From a virus (taxonomy: Duplodnaviria > Heunggongvirae > Uroviricota > Caudoviricetes), in the IMG/VR virus record IMGVR_UViG_2713896785_000022, positions 1-23,668 of that record: 23,668 bases of DNA, one strand, 5' to 3'. Shown here one piece after another: positions 1-10,030 of this stretch. A model generated the notes under the pieces. It worked only from the letters and a program-made list of their open reading frames with translations, searched no databases and was not told where the DNA came from. The translations under genes and the position numbers were made by a program. Every line of letters starts with the position of its first letter. Within the stretch, counting starts at the first letter, position 1.

Positions 1-411
1 ATGCCTGCCCCCGTCGTCCTGATCCTTGCGGCCGGGCGTGGAGAGCGCTTTCTCGCCTCCGGGGGAAATACCCATAAGTGTATCGGCTGGCGTCAGTCCC
101 CGGAGGTTGCGCCTTATCGCTGGCCATTTGAAGAAAACGGGAGAACTTTCGACCTTGCGATTGAACCGCAGATTACGACTAATGATCTGCGTCTGATGTT
201 GAGGCTGGCTCTTGCCGGCGGAGGAATAACAATTGCCACTCAGGAAACTTTCAGGCCATATATTGAAAGCGGTAAGCTTGTATCGCTGCTTGATGACTTT
301 CTTCCACAATTTCCGGGCTTCTATCTGTATTTCCCACAGCGTCGCAATATTGCACCAAAGCTCCGCGCCCTGATTGACTACGTCAAAGAATGGCGGCAGC
401 AATTGGTTTAA
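1..411 (+). CDS. LysR-family transcriptional regulator, C-terminal fragment (5' end outside window)
   Basis: ORF runs from the window edge; the C-terminal portion (…GGGITIATQETF…GKLVSLLDDF…YLYFPQRRNIAPKLRALIDYV) resembles LysR co-inducer-binding domain ends. GC-rich, host-like composition. Confidence 0.5.
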   Translation: MPAPVVLILAAGRGERFLASGGNTHKCIGWRQSPEVAPYRWPFEENGRTFDLAIEPQITTNDLRLMLRLALAGGGITIATQETFRPYIESGKLVSLLDDFLPQFPGFYLYFPQRRNIAPKLRALIDYVKEWRQQLV

Positions 412-650
412 ATAGCTGCACCTGCACTGCCTGATGTCAGAACAGTATTTTGATGAATTGCCAAGGTTACAATGGCACAAATGCGGCACAGGAGGAAACG
501 TGGTGTATTTAAATATGGGGTGATAATAGGAATGAACATTACAAGTTAACACATTGATTTATAATAGATTATAATATTCAAAAAATATAACTATACACAT
601 ATCTATACACACTGCGTGCGTCGCTTGTTTTTCGCACAATTAAAAATAAG

Positions 651-952
651 AAAAAAGTTTTTTTTCGAAAGAACTGTTCACACTGTTCACATTTCTGTTT
701 TCTCCTTTTATTTCAGCATGATAGGTGGTGAATAATGGGTGAAGGGTGAACATTCGATTCTTCACCTCCGGCATTCTGCCGGTGTGACTCATACCGGTGA
801 TTAATCCCCCGTACTGAAAATCGCACAGGGAGAAAAAAGTTTTTTTTGATTTGATTGTTCACACTGTTCACCTTTCATTTTTCTCTTTTAATTTCAGTGT
901 GATAACGGGTGAATATACGGTGAAGGGTGAACAGTGGATTGTTCACCTTCGG
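651..952. repeat. P4 crr-like cis replication region: two ~120-bp direct repeats about 60 bp apart, each with TGTTCAC(C/A) octamers
   Basis: Repeat 1 (about 651-770) and repeat 2 (about 834-952) both begin AAAAAAGTTTTTTTT…TGTTCACACTGTTCAC and end …GGTGAAGGGTGAAC…TTCACC. The layout matches the known P4 crr and lies just downstream of the alpha gene. Confidence 0.7.
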
Positions 953-998
953 GGGAGGTCGGGATAAAAAAAAGACCGGCAGATGCCGGTCAGGTGGG

Positions 999-3332
999 TC
1001 AGGTTGTTGCAGGGTCGTCACATTTTGGCAGCCAGTCGCCGTAGCTTTCCTCTTTCAGTGTCAGGTTGGTCTGTATCCCCTGTTTGGTATGGCGCTTCTC
1101 GTAATTCAGTCCGTATTCCTTCAGCATCACCGGCAGCCCCAGCCCGAACATTTTCAGACTGAGTACATTCCGGTAGCCGTTTGCCTCCATGTAGGCCAGA
1201 TAGGCGTGATAGAGGTATTTACGGTAATTACGCGGGATGATACTGGCGTTCCCCATATACATGCCGCTGGTCTGCGGCAGGGTTTCCAGATAGCCGATAA
1301 AATCAAACGTCGGGTCGGCATCCCGTTTGATGTTCAGCGCCTCGTCTGAGTTCTGCTGGGACTGAAGCAGTGACCGGGCGAGCATCGGGTCGCTGAACTT
1401 CTGCATCAGGTGACGCACGATGACCGCCAGCTCGCGGGTGATTTTGTCCTTAAGCTGCGGGTCGCGCTCCTGCGGGGCTATCTGTTCCGGGAAGTGAATA
1501 ATCACCCGCCGGCGTGACACGCCGCCGCTGCGGTCGGTGAAGCGCATCGGGTTATTGTTCACGGCCAGAATTACCGCCGGGATGTGCGTGGAGTACGCAT
1601 CCCGGTATTTCGGGTCAACGGACACCGCATCGCCGCCGGTGATGGCCTTGAGTCCGGCTCCGTCGCCGCTCCATTTTTCCTGGTCCGGCAGGCGTATCAG
1701 TGAGAAGCCAGTTAACGCGGCACGTTCACGCGGGGATTCCAGCGTCTCAATGGTGGCCGACGTGGCGTTATCCTCCCCGGCCAGCAGGGTGGCTATTTCG
1801 GCCATGATACTTTTGCCGCTGCCGCCGGGACCGGTCACCTCCAGAAAGAGCTGCCAGTCGTAGCGGTTTGCCAGCACCATAAACAGTGCGGCCAGAATCA
1901 CGTCGCGTTTTTCCGCACGACCACCGGCAGCACGGTCAAGCCAGCGCCAGAACGCGGGAGCGTGGGTTTCCAGCGTTTCACCGTCCACCGGCGGGGTGAA
2001 ATCCACATCACACAGGGTACGCATCCAGTGTGACGGACTGTGCGGGTGGAACGTACCGTTCTGCGTGTCGAGCACGCCGTTACGAAAGCCAATCAGGCGG
2101 CGGGAGGGGGCTTCCTGCTGCGGAATAATCAGCTTCAGGGTGTCCACCACGGAGGCCACCTTCCCGGAGGAGAACGGCGCGCGCAGACGCTGAAACAGTC
2201 CGGCCACATCCCGGGCAAAGTCCTGTGGCGGCAGCACCTTCCAGACACCATTTTCATAACGGGACAGAAGCTGGCCGTTGGCATCAACCGCGAGCGCCTC
2301 GCCGTAATGCTCATAGATACGCATGGCCTTTTCGCTGGTACTCATGGCGGAAAACTCCGCTTCGCTCATGGTGTCGAACGGGCTTTCAGCCGGTGGCCGG
2401 ATGGCATCGTAAATGGCCTTACGGGTGGCTTCCCCGCCGTACTGCGTGAAGGCATCATTCCAGTCACCGAAGACCGGCGGCAGGGCAACAACACCTTCAC
2501 ACGCATCTGCGGCTGCGGCGGCTTTTTTCTGGCCGTCACCGCTGAGGTCACGGTCTGAGGCAAGGACAATCTGACAGGCCGGATGCTTCTGCCGGGCAAG
2601 GCTGGCCAGAGAAAGGAGGTTCACGGAAGAAAGCGCCACCATCACCGTTTCACCGGTCAGGTGATGTACGGTAAGTGCGGTCGCGTATCCCTCCGCTATC
2701 CACAGACGTTTTCCGGCCTGATTCTGTCCTTCAAGGGTGTGACAGGTGCCCCTGACCTGTCCGCCTTTCAGGGTGCGCTTACGGCCGTCAGCACTGATTA
2801 ACTGAAGGTTAACCAGTTCGCCGCTGTCGTCATACAGTGGCACCACAAGGTCACCGGCGCGCCAGCTCACGCCACCGGCTCTGTGTGTGCCGGTCAGCAT
2901 CCGGCATTCCCGGCCGGGAAAGCCCTTGCGGGTCAGGTAGGCGTTACCGGTTCCGGGACGGGTTTTTGCCATCAGGGTTTGTGCCAGTGCGGCGGCGTTC
3001 TTCCGGGCGGCTTCTGTTTCAGCAACGGCGGCGGCCGTCACTGCCGGGTCAGCCGGGGGCAGACTGCCGGTCACGGCAGCCACCTTTGCGGCCGCGTCGG
3101 ACGGGGAAACACCAAACACCTTTTCAACCAGTTTCAGGCCGTCACCGGCACCACACTGATTGCAGTACCAGGTGCCGCGCCCCTCCCTGTCATCAAAACG
3201 GAAGCGGTCACTCCCGCCACAGACCGGACAGGGCTGATGACGGTTTTTCAGCACCTGAATCCCCAGCGCCGGGAGAATACGCGGCCAGTGGCCGAGCGCA
3301 TGACTGACGGTGGCGGTTACGTTCATTTTCAT
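999..3332 (-). CDS. alpha: P4 alpha-like DNA primase/helicase (777 aa)
   Basis: N-terminal zinc-binding CPVCGG…YCNQCG primase motif, internal P-loop GPGGSGKS; length is exactly that of P4 alpha; flanked by crr. Confidence 0.9.
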   Translation of the reverse strand: MKMNVTATVSHALGHWPRILPALGIQVLKNRHQPCPVCGGSDRFRFDDREGRGTWYCNQCGAGDGLKLVEKVFGVSPSDAAAKVAAVTGSLPPADPAVTAAAVAETEAARKNAAALAQTLMAKTRPGTGNAYLTRKGFPGRECRMLTGTHRAGGVSWRAGDLVVPLYDDSGELVNLQLISADGRKRTLKGGQVRGTCHTLEGQNQAGKRLWIAEGYATALTVHHLTGETVMVALSSVNLLSLASLARQKHPACQIVLASDRDLSGDGQKKAAAAADACEGVVALPPVFGDWNDAFTQYGGEATRKAIYDAIRPPAESPFDTMSEAEFSAMSTSEKAMRIYEHYGEALAVDANGQLLSRYENGVWKVLPPQDFARDVAGLFQRLRAPFSSGKVASVVDTLKLIIPQQEAPSRRLIGFRNGVLDTQNGTFHPHSPSHWMRTLCDVDFTPPVDGETLETHAPAFWRWLDRAAGGRAEKRDVILAALFMVLANRYDWQLFLEVTGPGGSGKSIMAEIATLLAGEDNATSATIETLESPRERAALTGFSLIRLPDQEKWSGDGAGLKAITGGDAVSVDPKYRDAYSTHIPAVILAVNNNPMRFTDRSGGVSRRRVIIHFPEQIAPQERDPQLKDKITRELAVIVRHLMQKFSDPMLARSLLQSQQNSDEALNIKRDADPTFDFIGYLETLPQTSGMYMGNASIIPRNYRKYLYHAYLAYMEANGYRNVLSLKMFGLGLPVMLKEYGLNYEKRHTKQGIQTNLTLKEESYGDWLPKCDDPATT

Positions 3333-3346
3333 GGTGTAGTTCTCCT

Positions 3347-3667
3347 TCAGTGCAGTACCGGCGCTTTTATGTGACGGGCACAGAGTTCATCCATCACAAC
3401 CAGCCCGAGAAAGGACAGCGACGGCGCGGCCTTCAGGGGGCCGGATTCCATTAAATCTTCCAGCAGGGCACAGGCTATCTGACGCCCTTTTTCCTCACCG
3501 TGCTGGCGCAGATAAAAGCCTTCCAGCTCAGCGGCGATGGCCGCCTCCAGTGACTCAAGGGTGAGATGCGGGTAGCGGTGCTGACGTTCGCACACGGTCA
3601 GCCAGGCACAGGCGACAGCGCGACGGTAAAGGGCAGCGCGTAAGACGGGCGGTAAGGGTGTTTTCAT
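3347..3667 (-). CDS. P4-family conserved hypothetical protein (106 aa)
   Basis: ORF immediately upstream of alpha in the same orientation, 15-bp spacing; position matches the small ORF upstream of alpha in P4-like elements. Confidence 0.55.
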
Positions 3668-3802
3668 TTGCTTTCCTCCCTGTGACAGATGACTGCATTC
3701 TGTGCCGGTTGCATTAACTGATAAGGCATATCTGCGTCTCCTGAAGACGTGCGTATCCCTGCGCGAATACGCACATTTAATTTTTCGGGTGTCGTTTTTT
3801 AA

Positions 3803-4258
3803 TTACAGATAATTGCGGTAACTGTTATCCGGGGTGATTTCCGGGTCAGGCTCCGTGCGGGGAATTTCCCGCCATTCCCGCGCCACCGGTGCCGCCCGGC
3901 TGACCGGAACAGGGTCCTGCGGGTAAATATCCAGATATTTCTCCCGCCATTTCTGTAATTCCGGGTCTCCGGCCATTTCTTTCAGTACCGCATGCCGGTT
4001 TACGGGGCTGCGTTTGAACAGGTCAGGACGGTCACAGGTAAATTCCCGCAGAAAACGCCCCAGCGGGATGTCTGTGGTGCGCCCGTCGGCGAGGATACGC
4101 ACAAGGATACTGAATTTACGGCGGTACGGGTTCCAGACAATTTCCGGGCAGCGGTACGGCATTTCCCACGGAATACCGTCTTCCAGAATGCCGACCACGG
4201 CCACATCGGGAAAACCGGCAGAACGGTAAATCTCACCGGGCTGGGGAAAATCAAACAT
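3803..4258 (-). CDS. P4 orf151-like protein (151 aa)
   Basis: 151-aa ORF in the alpha operon; its ATG overlaps the stop of the upstream ORF (ATGTTTGA), suggesting translational coupling. Confidence 0.6.
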   Translation of the reverse strand: MFDFPQPGEIYRSAGFPDVAVVGILEDGIPWEMPYRCPEIVWNPYRRKFSILVRILADGRTTDIPLGRFLREFTCDRPDLFKRSPVNRHAVLKEMAGDPELQKWREKYLDIYPQDPVPVSRAAPVAREWREIPRTEPDPEITPDNSYRNYL

Positions 4259-4583
4259 GCGTCCTGTCTCCCCGGTCTTTCTGCTGGGCGAGAAAATCGC
4301 GGCACAGGCCTTTGGCTTTCAGTTCATTCAGCACAAAATCAATATCTTCATTCAGGTAACTGAAAATATGCGGAATGTAGAGCTGATGCAGGCCGGAGAG
4401 TTCACGGTGAATCAAATCACCCCCAACAAACTGGGATACGGCGCTGGCGCGGTTGAGCTTATGGTAAGCCTCAATGCTGAGGTGTTCACGGGCGTCATGA
4501 CGCGCTGAGACGGTCTGAGGGGGTTTTTTATTACGCACGGGACACCTCCACCACCGGCAGACGAGCAGCAAGGGAGAGCACAT
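4251..4583 (-). CDS. Hypothetical protein, possibly P4 epsilon-like; start uncertain
   Basis: C-terminal ~110 codons of the 4251..4778 ORF; stop overlaps the start of the 151-aa gene. Possible starts at 4583 or 4619, neither with a clear RBS. Confidence 0.3.
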   Translation of the reverse strand: MCSPLLLVCRWWRCPVRNKKPPQTVSARHDAREHLSIEAYHKLNRASAVSQFVGGDLIHRELSGLHQLYIPHIFSYLNEDIDFVLNELKAKGLCRDFLAQQKDRGDRTHV

Positions 4584-5126
4584 AGTCACGGACAAGGGAA
4601 CGGCGGGCGCTGCGTTCATCACCGGCGACGGTGCGAAGCATACAGATACGGGGATGACGGTCTGCGCGACGGACAGCCGCAAACACAAAGACAAATTCAG
4701 GGTGTGAGGGGGTAAGGGTCGTAGCCATAAGGCAACCTCCGATAACAGCGTAAATGACGCTATCGCCGGAGTTTCCACGCTCGATGGCGATAGCCCAGAC
4801 GGGGGTGGAAATACCGGCGTTATCGGAAACCGGCCAGCCCGGAGGCTGCCCCGCCTGAGCTACCATTGACTCTGCGGTATAATGAGCGGACGCGGGCAGA
4901 ATGCACGGAGTGCCATTTGCTCGACTGACCACACACCACACCATAATCTGGCGCTCTGTGGCGTTGATTGCGACACAAAAAAAGACGCATGGCGCGTCAT
5001 ATGTCGCCGATAACATACTCGGGTTTCCACGCCCGGCTGCCGATTTTGCGGCAGCGGAAAAACTATATCCGCAAATGCCGGAAAAAGGCAAGCCAGAAAA
5101 AGGAAGTTTTTGCAGAACAGGCATCA

Positions 5127-5393
5127 TCATGCGTCGTACCCCCGTTTGCGTCCGGCAATGCGCCCGGCCATCCATGCGGTGACTTCAGAGTGCAGCCAGG
5201 CCACATTTTTACCGCCAAGACTCACCTGCGGCGGAAATTCCCCCTTACGGATGAGTTCATAGATGGTCGAGCGTGACAGGCCGCACAGGTGCATCACTTC
5301 CGGCAGACGTAAAAAACGCTCCTGCGTGATGTCCGGCAGCGGCATCAGTGGCGTCACAGGGGCGGGAGACGGGGAGGAAAAAACAGCTTGCAT
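5127..5393 (-). CDS. vis: Vis/AlpA-family excisionase-type regulator (88 aa)
   Basis: AlpA-like helix-turn-helix ([29 protein letters not shown]…[11 protein letters not shown]); 88 aa as in P4 vis; lies between the ori iterons and the alpha operon. Confidence 0.8.
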   Translation of the reverse strand: MQAVFSSPSPAPVTPLMPLPDITQERFLRLPEVMHLCGLSRSTIYELIRKGEFPPQVSLGGKNVAWLHSEVTAWMAGRIAGRKRGYDA

Positions 5394-5671
5394 CGGGCTA
5401 CCTCGTTAATGTCCATACAGCACCGGATAAGTCCGTCCGGCTTCGGGTAGCGCTTTATTTTGTGAATATTTTCGGCAGACGCAACAGGGGGGATTTGTTC
5501 CGGCAGCCTTACAATGGCTGTGTATTTTTTGTACATCAGCGCCAGATAGCTTTAAAACGCTCTGGAAGGAGCTGGAAAAAATTATAGTGAAATACAAATT
5601 GTTTTTTCTTATTTATTTCAGTGAATTAATAAAAATAAAAAGTAATAAACAGCACAAAAAGCCCATCAACG

Positions 5672-5786
5672 GGTGAACAGTGGTGAACAGACGGTGAACA
5701 GTCATTACTGCGATTGTTCACCATTTAACTTACTGTATTACTTATCTTTTTTATTAAGGTGAATAGAGGTGAACAGAGGTGAACAG
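5672..5786. repeat. P4 ori-like iteron cluster (GGTGAACAG / TGTTCACC repeats)
   Basis: GGTGAACAG at 5672, 5682 and 5693; inverted TGTTCACC at 5715; GGTGAATAG at 5758; GGTGAACAG at 5768 and 5778, with an AT-rich spacer. Same octamer as in crr. Confidence 0.65.
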
Positions 5787-5864
5787 TAAAATATAAAAAA
5801 ACAAACAGTAAGCCGGTTTTTCCTGCGACCTTTTCCTGGCTTGCCGGTCTGAGGATGAGTCTCC

Positions 5865-5882
5865 TGTGTCAGGGCTGGCACA
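5865..5882 (+). promoter_or_regulatory. Candidate Delta/Ogr activator site (TGT-N12-ACA) of a Psid-like late promoter
   Basis: TGTgtcagggctggcACA lies about 70-90 bp upstream of the sid start codon, as expected for P2/P4 late promoters, which carry a TGT-N12-ACA dyad near -55. Confidence 0.4.
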
Positions 5883-5954
5883 TCTGCAATGCGTCGTGTT
5901 GTTGTCCGGTGTACGTCACAATTTTCTTAACCTGAAGTGACGAGGAGCCGGAAA

Positions 5955-6689
5955 ATGTCTGACAACACCATCCCTGAATATCTGCAACCCGCGCTGGCAC
6001 AACTGGAAAAGGCCAGAGCCGCCCATCTTGAGAACGCCCGCCTGATGGATGAGACCGTCACGGCCATTGAACGGGCAGAGCAGGAAAAAAATGCGCTGGC
6101 GCAGGCCGACGGAAACGACGCTGACGACTGGCGCACGGCCTTTCGTGCAGCCGGTGGTGTCCTGAGCGACGAGCTGAAACAGCGCCACATTGAGCGCGTG
6201 GCACGCCGGGAGCTGGTACAGGAATATGACAATCTGGCCGTGGTGCTGAATTTTGAACGTGAACGCCTGAAAGGGGCGTGTGACAGCACGGCCACCGCCT
6301 ACCGGAAGGCACATCATCACCTGCTGAGTCTGTATGCAGAGCATGAGCTGGAACACGCCCTGAATGAAACCTGTGAGGCGCTTGTCCGGGCAATGCATCT
6401 GAGCATCCAGGTACAGGAAAATCCGCTCGCCAACACCACCGGCCATCAGGGCTACGTCGCGCCGGAAAAGGCTGTCATGCAGCAGGTGAAATCATCGCTG
6501 GAACAGAAAATTAAACAGATGCAAATCAGCCTCACCGGCGAGCCGGTTCTCCGGCTGACCGGACTGTCAGCGGCAACACTCCCGCACATGGATTATGAGG
6601 TGGCAGGCACACCGGCACAGCGCAAGGTGTGGCAGGACAAAATAGACCAGCAGGGAGCAGAGCTTAAGGCCAGAGGACTGCTGTCATGA
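5955..6689 (+). CDS. sid: Sid-like capsid size-determination (external scaffold) protein (244 aa)
   Basis: ATG at 5955 with GAGGAG RBS 7 nt upstream; 244 aa as in P4 Sid; coiled-coil-rich; first gene of the sid-delta-psu block. Confidence 0.85.
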   Translation: MSDNTIPEYLQPALAQLEKARAAHLENARLMDETVTAIERAEQEKNALAQADGNDADDWRTAFRAAGGVLSDELKQRHIERVARRELVQEYDNLAVVLNFERERLKGACDSTATAYRKAHHHLLSLYAEHELEHALNETCEALVRAMHLSIQVQENPLANTTGHQGYVAPEKAVMQQVKSSLEQKIKQMQISLTGEPVLRLTGLSAATLPHMDYEVAGTPAQRKVWQDKIDQQGAELKARGLLS

Positions 6690-7186
6690 TTTACTGCCCG
6701 TCGTGTGGACATGTTGCTCACACCCGTCGCGCACATTTCATGGACGATGGCACCAAGATAATGATTGCACAGTGCCGGAATATTTATTGCTCTGCGACAT
6801 TTGAAGCGAGTGAAAGCTTTTTCTCTGACTGTAAAGATTCAGGAATGGAATACATTTCAGGCAAACAGAGATACCGCGATTCACTGACGTCAGCCTCCGG
6901 CAGTATGAAACGCCCGAAAAGAATGCTTGTTACCGGATATTGTTGTCGGAGATGTAAAGGCCTTGCACTGTCAAGAACATCGCGGCGTCTGTCTCAGGAA
7001 GTCACCGAGCGTTTTTATGTGTGCACGGATCCGGGCTGTGGTCTGGTGTTTAAAACGCTTCAGACCATCAACCGTTTCATTGTCCGCCCGGTCACACCGG
7101 ACGAACTGGCAGAAAGCCTGCATGAAAAACAGGAACTGCCGCCAGTACGGTTAAAAACACAATCATATTCGCTGCGTCTGGAATGA
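6686..7186 (+). CDS. delta: Delta-like late transcription activator (tandem Ogr-type zinc fingers, 166 aa)
   Basis: Two Ogr-like halves each with CxxC…CxxC (CPSCGH…CRNIYC and CCRRCK…CTDPGC); 166 aa as in P4 Delta; start overlaps the sid stop. Confidence 0.9.
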   Translation: MIYCPSCGHVAHTRRAHFMDDGTKIMIAQCRNIYCSATFEASESFFSDCKDSGMEYISGKQRYRDSLTSASGSMKRPKRMLVTGYCCRRCKGLALSRTSRRLSQEVTERFYVCTDPGCGLVFKTLQTINRFIVRPVTPDELAESLHEKQELPPVRLKTQSYSLRLE

Positions 7187-7259
7187 GGGCTGCCGGTTAA
7201 CACCGGCCGTCGCCGCACACCGTATTTTTATTCTTCAGCATGATGAGAAAGAGATAACG

Positions 7260-7832
7260 ATGGAAAGCACAGCCTTACAGCAGGCCTTTGACACCTGTCA
7301 GAATAACAAAGCAGCATGGCTGCAACGCAAAAATGAGCTGGCAGCGGCCGAACAGGAATACCTGCGGCTTCTGTCAGGAGAAGGCAGAAACGTCAGTCGC
7401 CTGGACGAATTACGCAATATTATCGAAGTCAGAAAATGGCAGGTGAATCAGGCCGCCGGTCGTTATATTCGTTCGCATGAAGCCGTTCAGCACATCAGCA
7501 TCCGCGACCGGCTGAATGATTTTATGCAGCAGCACGGCACAGCACTGGCGGCGGCACTGGCACCGGAGCTGATGGGCTACAGTGAGCTGACGGTCATTGC
7601 CCGAAACTGTGCCATACAGCGTGCCACAGATGCCCTGCGTGAAGCCCTTCTGTCCTGGCTTGCGAAGGGGGAAAAAATTAATTATTCCGCACAGGATAGC
7701 GACATTTTAACGACCATCGGATTCAGGCCTGACGCGGCTTCGGTGGATGACAGCCGTGAAAAATTCACCCCTGCGCAGAACATGATTTTTTCGCGTAAAA
7801 GTGCGCAACTGGCATCACGTCAGTCTGTGTAA
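7260..7832 (+). CDS. psu: Psu-like polarity suppression / capsid decoration protein (190 aa)
   Basis: 190 aa as in P4 Psu; last gene before cos in the sid-delta-psu block. Confidence 0.85.
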   Translation: MESTALQQAFDTCQNNKAAWLQRKNELAAAEQEYLRLLSGEGRNVSRLDELRNIIEVRKWQVNQAAGRYIRSHEAVQHISIRDRLNDFMQQHGTALAAALAPELMGYSELTVIARNCAIQRATDALREALLSWLAKGEKINYSAQDSDILTTIGFRPDAASVDDSREKFTPAQNMIFSRKSAQLASRQSV

Positions 7833-7996
7833 AATTCCCCGAAAATCCGCCTGTTTTTACTGAAAAAAGCCATGCATCGATAAGGTGCATAGCTTTGCAT
7901 GCGTTTCCCTGCCTCATTTTCTGCAGACCGCGCCATTCCCGGCGCAGTCTGAGCGTGTCAGTACAACTGCATTAAAACCGCCCCACAAAGCGGGCG

Positions 7997-8015
7997 GGCG
8001 AGGCGGGGAAAGCAC
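7997..8015. other. cos site: 19-nt P2/P4-type cohesive-end sequence GGCGAGGCGGGGAAAGCAC
   Basis: Exact match to the P2/P4 cohesive-end sequence as I remember it, located between psu and the cargo gene as in P4. Confidence 0.8.
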
Positions 8016-8425
8016 TGCGCGCTAAAAAGGAAATTGAAATCCAGTAACCCCAAATACCTTAGCTAAAAGAGCCTAAGGAATCTAACGCATTCAACTGTCA
8101 TAAAACATAATGTGTTACATAATGGAGATAGTGTGAAAACAACTGATATAGATCATAGAAGGCTTGGCTCCGTAAGACATCTAAGGTGTTATCTTAATCA
8201 ACTGCAGCAAAGGCATTCTGCCACTGTTAATGGAAACTTGTTTCGAATTGGATAACTTCAATGTTGCATCGTGTTTTACATATCTTGTTCAACTACAATA
8301 CATTGTTGCCTGCAAATTTAATTTTTTATTAGAATACTTGTAACTTAGTTCGCAGCATCAATTGTGTTTTTCAAACTTGATGTTAACTGATGATATGGAA
8401 CATTATTTGTTAGAAAGGTGATAAT

Positions 8426-10021
8426 GTGCAAGAACGGGATCTAGGAAGCATGGGCGAGGCATTATTTATGCAACTTTGCGCATCTGTTGGGTTAATATAC
8501 AACCCATCATTAAAAGACAGTGCTGGATGGGATTTCATTGTTGACTTCCCTACACAATTTTCAACTCACCCAATGATAGATAAAAGTGCATCCCCTATCG
8601 AGTGTAAAATTCAAGTCAAAGCAACTGATGGTACTTCAAAAAAAGTACAAATTACTTTATCAAATATGATGCGTTTATGCGGAAGTAAGCTCCCCGCTTT
8701 CTTTTTTTTCATTGAGTATAATAAAAGCAATACTCCACAAGCAGTTTATGTTAGACACTTTGATAAAAATCTAATGTTTAAAACATTACAAAGAGCCAGA
8801 GAAAACTCTATTTTAAAAGAACCCAAAAAACTGAACAAAATTAACATTACAGTATCATTTGACAGCCCCCATAAATTAGACGCAATAACAGGTGAACATT
8901 TAAAGTCTACAATTGAATCATACGTAAATGAAGGTATGGAAGTTTATACTGAAAAGAAAATAAATCACTTAAAAAATTTAGGTTATGAAAATGGAGGATA
9001 TAAATTAACTTTTCAGACAAAAGCGGAAGTTGAATACGATAATCTGATCAATGCGTCTCTTGGATGGGTTAATAAAGCGAAAGCTAGAAATATAAAGTGC
9101 TTTGACGAACGATTTAATATCTCTATGCCTCTTGAGAACAAGAGTTTTTCTGAAGCCGATTTATCGTTTGGGGTTGAAAATTTTGAAACAGATGCCATAT
9201 TGAAAATAACAAACATGACATCAAAAAAAACCATTCGCCTCGAATGTAAATTATATGTTAGTCCACTATCCATCAATGCTCCAGATAAGCATATCAAAGC
9301 AAGATTAAAATCCTCTTATTTCGACATTTTAATTTATCTTAAAACAGGACTCCTTACATATCGATTTGATTCATATGACAACATATTGAATCTATTTGAG
9401 ATCAAAGATAATTTAACCATCATGCGATGGATTTATGAACAGAAGGACATGCTGGAATTTGAAATAAATATTTCTAACAGTCATAACCCAATGACTTTAA
9501 TAACAAATGCCAATAAAGAACTAATACAAGACACCTCATTAATTGAAAGCTGTATTCAGGCATTAAATACAACAGAGAATGCTATTATTATATCTGACCG
9601 ATTAAGTATTCAGGGGCAAGTTAAGACAACTATTACAAAATTGGGTATACATAGTGATAATACTAACATAATTGGGCAATTACTAAGTAACCCAAATTAT
9701 TCCCCAGCAATGAAACTGACATCTAAGAATAAAATAAAATCACCCCCAAGTGAAATAAATGCATGTTGTTTAGCAGTTATCGCCACTAAACTAGGTGATT
9801 TTATAGTGCTTGTTATAATCACCATTAACGGAAAAGGAGTTTACTCTAAAAATGAATATCACCTGTCTAACCCCAGTATAAAATTAGAAGACATAATGTA
9901 TTGTTATCACAATGAAGATATCACAAAAAAATTAATAACAAAAACAAAATCAATAGCAGATAAACATATGAAAAGGGATGACATTGTCTTCATAAACTTA
10001 TTTCACGATGACAATAATTAG
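8426..10021 (+). CDS. Hotspot cargo gene: 531-aa protein with N-terminal DUF4365-like PD-(D/E)xK nuclease signature and unassigned C-terminal region; candidate anti-phage defence protein
   Basis: Long ORF in a strongly AT-rich segment between cos and int. GTG at 8426 (AAGGTG upstream) or ATG at 8450 (AGGAAG upstream). Motifs …KDSAGWDFIVDF… and …IECKIQVKATDG… fit the DUF4365 pattern. Followed by a strong terminator. Confidence 0.8.
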   Translation: MQERDLGSMGEALFMQLCASVGLIYNPSLKDSAGWDFIVDFPTQFSTHPMIDKSASPIECKIQVKATDGTSKKVQITLSNMMRLCGSKLPAFFFFIEYNKSNTPQAVYVRHFDKNLMFKTLQRARENSILKEPKKLNKINITVSFDSPHKLDAITGEHLKSTIESYVNEGMEVYTEKKINHLKNLGYENGGYKLTFQTKAEVEYDNLINASLGWVNKAKARNIKCFDERFNISMPLENKSFSEADLSFGVENFETDAILKITNMTSKKTIRLECKLYVSPLSINAPDKHIKARLKSSYFDILIYLKTGLLTYRFDSYDNILNLFEIKDNLTIMRWIYEQKDMLEFEINISNSHNPMTLITNANKELIQDTSLIESCIQALNTTENAIIISDRLSIQGQVKTTITKLGIHSDNTNIIGQLLSNPNYSPAMKLTSKNKIKSPPSEINACCLAVIATKLGDFIVLVIITINGKGVYSKNEYHLSNPSIKLEDIMYCYHNEDITKKLITKTKSIADKHMKRDDIVFINLFHDDNN

Positions 10022-10030
10022 TAATTTTCG

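Noticed and set aside
927-3374. Several plus-strand ORFs of 65 to 172 aa overlapping the alpha gene (927..1349, 1537..1863, 2040..2558, 2837..3307, 2883..3374 and others)
   Set aside because: They lie antisense to or inside a well-supported 777-aa gene in GC-rich DNA, where long spurious ORFs are expected; their sequences are low-complexity and Arg/Gly-rich.
4531-5175. 214-aa minus-strand ORF
   Set aside because: It overlaps the 3' end of vis and the start of the downstream ORF, has no clear RBS, and sits in the interval that in P4 is mostly RNA-encoding. Kept as uncertain rather than called.
5916-6446. Minus-strand ORFs of 176, 122 and 111 aa antisense to sid
   Set aside because: Fully inside the well-supported sid gene, with low-complexity Ala/Arg/Ser-rich translations typical of antisense frames in GC-rich genes.
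8016-8425. Possible second small gene in the cargo slot upstream of the 531-aa gene
   Set aside because: Only very short ORFs (about 24 aa or less) without RBS are present; the stretch is more plausibly the promoter and leader of the cargo gene.
9013-9297. 94-aa minus-strand ORF inside the cargo gene
   Set aside because: Embedded antisense within the 531-aa ORF; AT-rich DNA readily gives short antisense ORFs.
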